A DNA stretch of 64,000 nt from Candidatus Omnitrophota bacterium (GTDB lineage: Bacteria; Omnitrophota; Gorgyraeia; Zapsychrales; Fredricksoniimonadaceae). The position numbers and the translations under genes are program-made. Location: the NCBI GenBank assembly GCA_028865345.1, contig JAGWKL010000009.1, forward strand, positions 7,382 through 71,381, written 5' to 3'. This document shows positions 60,628 to 64,000 of this stretch, piece by piece (the stretch's first letter is position 1; every line of letters starts with the position of its first letter). The notes beneath the pieces are model-generated. The model was not told the DNA's origin. It worked only from the letters and a program-made list of their open reading frames with translations, and made no database searches.

Positions 60628-61853
60628 GAATGCCCTGCCGGTAAAAAGACAGTAAACACCGTACCCTTTGAAGGCGCGCTTTCAATTTCTATTTTTCCGT
60701 CATACAAGCGGACGATCTCACTGACAATGGTCAGGCCCAGGCCGCAGCCTTCTTCCATGCCTTTGGTTGTGAAAAACGGCTCAAAGATCTTTTCAATGTT
60801 CTGCTTTGGGATACCTTTGCCCGAATCCGAGACCTGGATCTTGACCATGTCCCCTTCCATGGCGGTCAAGATCGCGATGGTACCTTCCCGGTCGATCGCG
60901 TCGGCGGCGTTGCGGATGATATTGGAAACGACCCTTTCCAGGCCGCGATCATCCAAGGGGGCCAGTCCTTCCTGCAGGCGACGCGTCACAGTGATGTTTT
61001 TATGAGCAAAATCCCCTCTTAATTCCTTCAGGCACTGCTCCACGCAGTTATTGACATCCACCAGGCCTGCTGTTGATGTGTTGCGCGCGCAGGCCAGAAG
61101 GCTTTTGACGATGTTGGCCATGCGTCTCAGGCCCTGGCGGGCCTCCAGAAGATATTCGCGGACAACCTCATTGTCTTCATCCAGGTGTTCAAGGGAAAGG
61201 TTCGTGTAACGCATGACGCCGTCTAAGGGATTGTTGAATTCATGGGCAATGCCGCCGGCAAGTTTGCCAAGCGACGCCAGACGCTCATGCAGGACAACTT
61301 CTTTCTTCAGGCGGGCAGCTTCCTGGTTGGTACGTCCCAGCTGGCTGTTGAGCATAAGGCGCTCAAAGTTCAAAGCGATCTGGCTGGAGAGAAAATCCAG
61401 GACCTTCAATTCGTTCTTATTGAACTTCTGATGCGTGGTCTTGTCGGAGATGTTGATGACGCCGATCAGCCTGTCCTTGATCAGAAGCGGCGCGCAGATG
61501 AACGAAGGCGAGCGGTAGCTCCTGCGGGGCTTGAGGTCGCCGAAGCGCTTGTCCCGGCCGATATCGTCGACCAATACCGGCATTTTGAGCTGGGCCACAT
61601 GCCCGACAATGCCCTCTCCCATGCGCTTGACCAAGAGCATCTGCTCATCCGTCTTCAGGCCCCTGGAAACCTGCAGGACAAGCTTGTCGCCTGCATCCAG
61701 AAGAAAAATAGAGCCGCGCGTGGCCCGCATTAGCTCAAGAATATCATTCAGAGCGCCTTCCAGAAGATCGTTGACATTATCTGCAACGAGCGCGGCCGCG
61801 CATACCCCATTGATCCTTGCCAGGATGCTTTGTTGTTTCACCGCAAGCACCAT
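60624..61853 (-). CDS. Cytoplasmic GAF-domain sensor histidine kinase
   Basis: It has an N-terminal GAF, an H-box HEFNNPL, and HATPase N/G boxes (DSGKGIP, GLGL). Confidence 0.85.
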   Translation of the reverse strand: MVLAVKQQSILARINGVCAAALVADNVNDLLEGALNDILELMRATRGSIFLLDAGDKLVLQVSRGLKTDEQMLLVKRMGEGIVGHVAQLKMPVLVDDIGRDKRFGDLKPRRSYRSPSFICAPLLIKDRLIGVINISDKTTHQKFNKNELKVLDFLSSQIALNFERLMLNSQLGRTNQEAARLKKEVVLHERLASLGKLAGGIAHEFNNPLDGVMRYTNLSLEHLDEDNEVVREYLLEARQGLRRMANIVKSLLACARNTSTAGLVDVNNCVEQCLKELRGDFAHKNITVTRRLQEGLAPLDDRGLERVVSNIIRNAADAIDREGTIAILTAMEGDMVKIQVSDSGKGIPKQNIEKIFEPFFTTKGMEEGCGLGLTIVSEIVRLYDGKIEIESAPSKGTVFTVFLPAGHS

Positions 61854-61865
61854 AATTCCTTCTGC

Positions 61866-62756
61866 CTATTTCCCCTCTTGCCGCGGAGTGATCTTCACAT
61901 GATTGGTTTTGAGCCTGGTAATATTGACCACCATGCCTTTGAACAATCCAATCATCGGATGTTGAGGGTATTTCTTCATGAACTCTTTGTAAATCTCAAC
62001 GGGCAAATCATAATTCTTCATGTGGACGATGGCCGCCACATTAATGACATAAATCGCTTCCCGCAGGCTTCTTTCGTCCGCGTCCGCCATCAACATTTCC
62101 CGGCAATACTTCACGACCTGGGGCCAATCCTGCCTGGCAAGGTCCGCGGAAACCATCAGCTTCAAGGCGGCGGTACGGATCTCTTTATCACGAGAATGTT
62201 CTAAGACATTTTTGTATTGGGTAATGGCGCGGCCAAAAGCCTCTGATTTATCTGCAGGATCGTTTTGGGCCTGGCGGCTGGCGATATATAAAGGAAGTTT
62301 TAAACCGACTACGGTTGTAGGATAAAGCCGGATGGTCTTTTGATACTGCTCCTGCGCCTGGGGCCAGTCCTTTTGCACTTCGTAGGTTTCTCCAATGGCT
62401 GCCATGGCCTCGGCAATATGCTGCGGATCATGGGGAAAGGCCGCCGGGATTTCGGCATAAACCTTGCGTGCCGCATCATAATTTTTTCTGACCAGATCGA
62501 CCTTAGCTATCCACATATACGCCTGGGGGACAAGAGGCGAATGAGAATAGGCCTTGATAAAATCCCTATAACGCCGGATGATCTGCTCAAACGTAAAGTC
62601 CGGAACAGCTTCCGGTTCCTGCTCCAATAGATTCATCTGTTGGTTGATATGCCACAAGCTGCGTTCGGCAGAGTACTCCCCTTTGAAGTCCAGAAGACTC
62701 AGGAGAACATAAACCGCAACCAGGACGATCAAAAGTCTGATGATAAGTTTCTTCAT
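61866..62756 (-). CDS. TPR-repeat protein with N-terminal membrane anchor (PrsT-like)
   Basis: It has multiple TPR-like helices. The start was chosen at MKKLIIRLLIVL, so the ATG overlaps the upstream gene's stop. Confidence 0.6.
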   Translation of the reverse strand: MKKLIIRLLIVLVAVYVLLSLLDFKGEYSAERSLWHINQQMNLLEQEPEAVPDFTFEQIIRRYRDFIKAYSHSPLVPQAYMWIAKVDLVRKNYDAARKVYAEIPAAFPHDPQHIAEAMAAIGETYEVQKDWPQAQEQYQKTIRLYPTTVVGLKLPLYIASRQAQNDPADKSEAFGRAITQYKNVLEHSRDKEIRTAALKLMVSADLARQDWPQVVKYCREMLMADADERSLREAIYVINVAAIVHMKNYDLPVEIYKEFMKKYPQHPMIGLFKGMVVNITRLKTNHVKITPRQEGK

Positions 62757-63640
62757 GCCGAAGGTCTCGCCGGATTTTCCTTGGTATACAAATAATAGGT
62801 GGTCACCGCCGCTGCGATGATGCAATCCACCAGGGTGGCGCAAATAGTGCTGACTACAAGGACGACCAGTTCAATTTCAGGAAAGGTTACGGTCATCAAA
62901 GCCGGAATTTTGTCACGCGCAAGCAGGACCGGTAAATAGAAAAGTGTGGGCACAAGCACAACAACGATCGTAAACCAAAACGACTGCCAAAAGAACTTCA
63001 ATCCCAGTCCTATCGCAGGGAATATCTTCTTTTTTTCAAGAACGATAATGGGAATGACATAAATCAAAACCGCTGTGATCAAAATCCCCACCAGAAACTG
63101 CACATAGAGACCGCTGCCAAGAATTGCATGTTTGATAAAACCATGCACCCCGCCCTTGGCTTGGATTTTTGCTGCCCAAATATACAAATTGTTATAACTC
63201 TTGGCAAAGGCGAAAAACAAGAAAAAAGAAAGGAAGGAGGCCAAAAGAACATGGATATAGGAAGGCCAACAGTCCTTCCATGCTTCTTTAACGGACATTT
63301 TTTTGTCGTTGTTGAAAGCGCCTATGAGCCGGATGGAAACAGCCAAAAGAAAGCCTCCGGCAAACAAATAAATGACCACCTGGGCGTAATAGAATAATTT
63401 AGGCAAAAGAAGGAAATTATAGGGATAGTGCAGAAATTCCGGGCCCCAGAGACGGCTGATCAAGGGGGCAAAAAAAACGGACAATGGCGGACGGGGAGCG
63501 AAATAGAAAATTTCAAGGGCCAACAATTGAAAGAAGACACTGATGACTAAGGGATAGAAAATTATGGGATGTTGGAACAGGATTGAAATCGAAGAGTTCA
63601 GGACAGCAAACGGCTTAGGGCGCAAGGATTTCGACGTCAT
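62753..63640 (-). CDS. Polytopic membrane protein, hypothetical
   Basis: It is 295 aa with about 8 TM helices and lies between the PEP-CTERM gene and the TPR gene. Confidence 0.5.
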   Translation of the reverse strand: MTSKSLRPKPFAVLNSSISILFQHPIIFYPLVISVFFQLLALEIFYFAPRPPLSVFFAPLISRLWGPEFLHYPYNFLLLPKLFYYAQVVIYLFAGGFLLAVSIRLIGAFNNDKKMSVKEAWKDCWPSYIHVLLASFLSFFLFFAFAKSYNNLYIWAAKIQAKGGVHGFIKHAILGSGLYVQFLVGILITAVLIYVIPIIVLEKKKIFPAIGLGLKFFWQSFWFTIVVVLVPTLFYLPVLLARDKIPALMTVTFPEIELVVLVVSTICATLVDCIIAAAVTTYYLYTKENPARPSA

Positions 63641-63787
63641 GAGTATTAATGTATCTCTTTATTATGTAATTAGTTATGAATAATAATATCACAATTTCAA
63701 AGATCAGTCCAGGTTAAAGAAACAATATGTTAAAAAAGCAGACATTGATGGTCTGCTTTTTTATACTGGTAATAAATGTCAAAACAA

Positions 63788-64000
63788 CTATTTCAAACAG
63801 GGCTTTACTGCTTTTGTGCGAAAATACATCACTATGATAAACATGCCCACAGCCAAAAGAAGAAGTGAAGTCGGTTCAGGATCATGAACAGAAGCAAGGG
63901 TCCCTCCTGTCGGATCCACACCTCCCGGAGGCGGGACAGTAACAACTGTGCCCGAGCCGCCGGTAAGTCCGCTGGTTAATCCAGAAGACGAACCTGAACC
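63788..64000 (-). CDS. C-terminal end of a PEP-CTERM protein-sorting-domain protein (5' end lies outside the window)
   Basis: Translation ends ...GTLASVHDPEPTSLLLLAVGMFIIVMYFRTKAVKPCLK. This is a classic PEP motif plus TM plus basic tail. Confidence 0.65.
   Translation of the reverse strand, partial: GSGSSSGLTSGLTGGSGTVVTVPPPGGVDPTGGTLASVHDPEPTSLLLLAVGMFIIVMYFRTKAVKPCLK

Overview
Bacterial chromosomal window of about 50% GC, with Gram-negative signatures: an outer-membrane protein ending in Phe, lipoboxes and a PEP-CTERM tail. Most of it is core energy and cofactor metabolism. There is a dispersed heme-biosynthesis set: a HemC-like/CobA/HemD fusion, hemB, hemL, a HemY-type oxidase and hemA. 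moeA and mobA follow. A complete F1Fo ATP synthase operon runs atpZ-like, atpB, E, F, H, A, G, D, C. A long respiratory operon encodes an aa3-type heme-copper oxidase (subunits I, III, IV, II) directly followed by a Rieske protein, a cytochrome b fused to a three-heme cytochrome c, heme A synthase, heme O synthase and a DUF420 protein. Further along are TCA and central enzymes (acnA, gltA, fumC, ald, pepA, surE) and an exported Trx-MsrB-MsrA module. c-di-GMP signalling parts include two PilZ singletons, a REC-HD-GYP regulator and a candidate GEMM-I riboswitch. The most unusual parts are listed here. (1) An AT-rich island of about 3.4 kb at 47.0-50.45 kb carries a free-standing double-motif LAGLIDADG protein, a HigBA-like toxin-antitoxin pair with an operator palindrome, and an internally duplicated Zn-ribbon/HNH-like protein. 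(2) The bc complex is embedded inside the oxidase operon, with the c-type cytochrome fused to cytochrome b. (3) A three-domain HemC-like/CobA/HemD fusion lacks HemC domain 3. (4) A 215-nt structured element is bounded by perfect 15-bp inverted repeats. (5) There are small unannotated ORFs, including a His-rich 49-aa lipoprotein with a tandem direct-repeat operator. (6) A Prs-like module of TPR protein, GAF histidine kinase and sigma-54 regulator sits next to a PEP-CTERM gene. No rRNA, tRNA or CRISPR array was found. All calls rest on motif-level reading of the supplied translations and sequence, with no database search.
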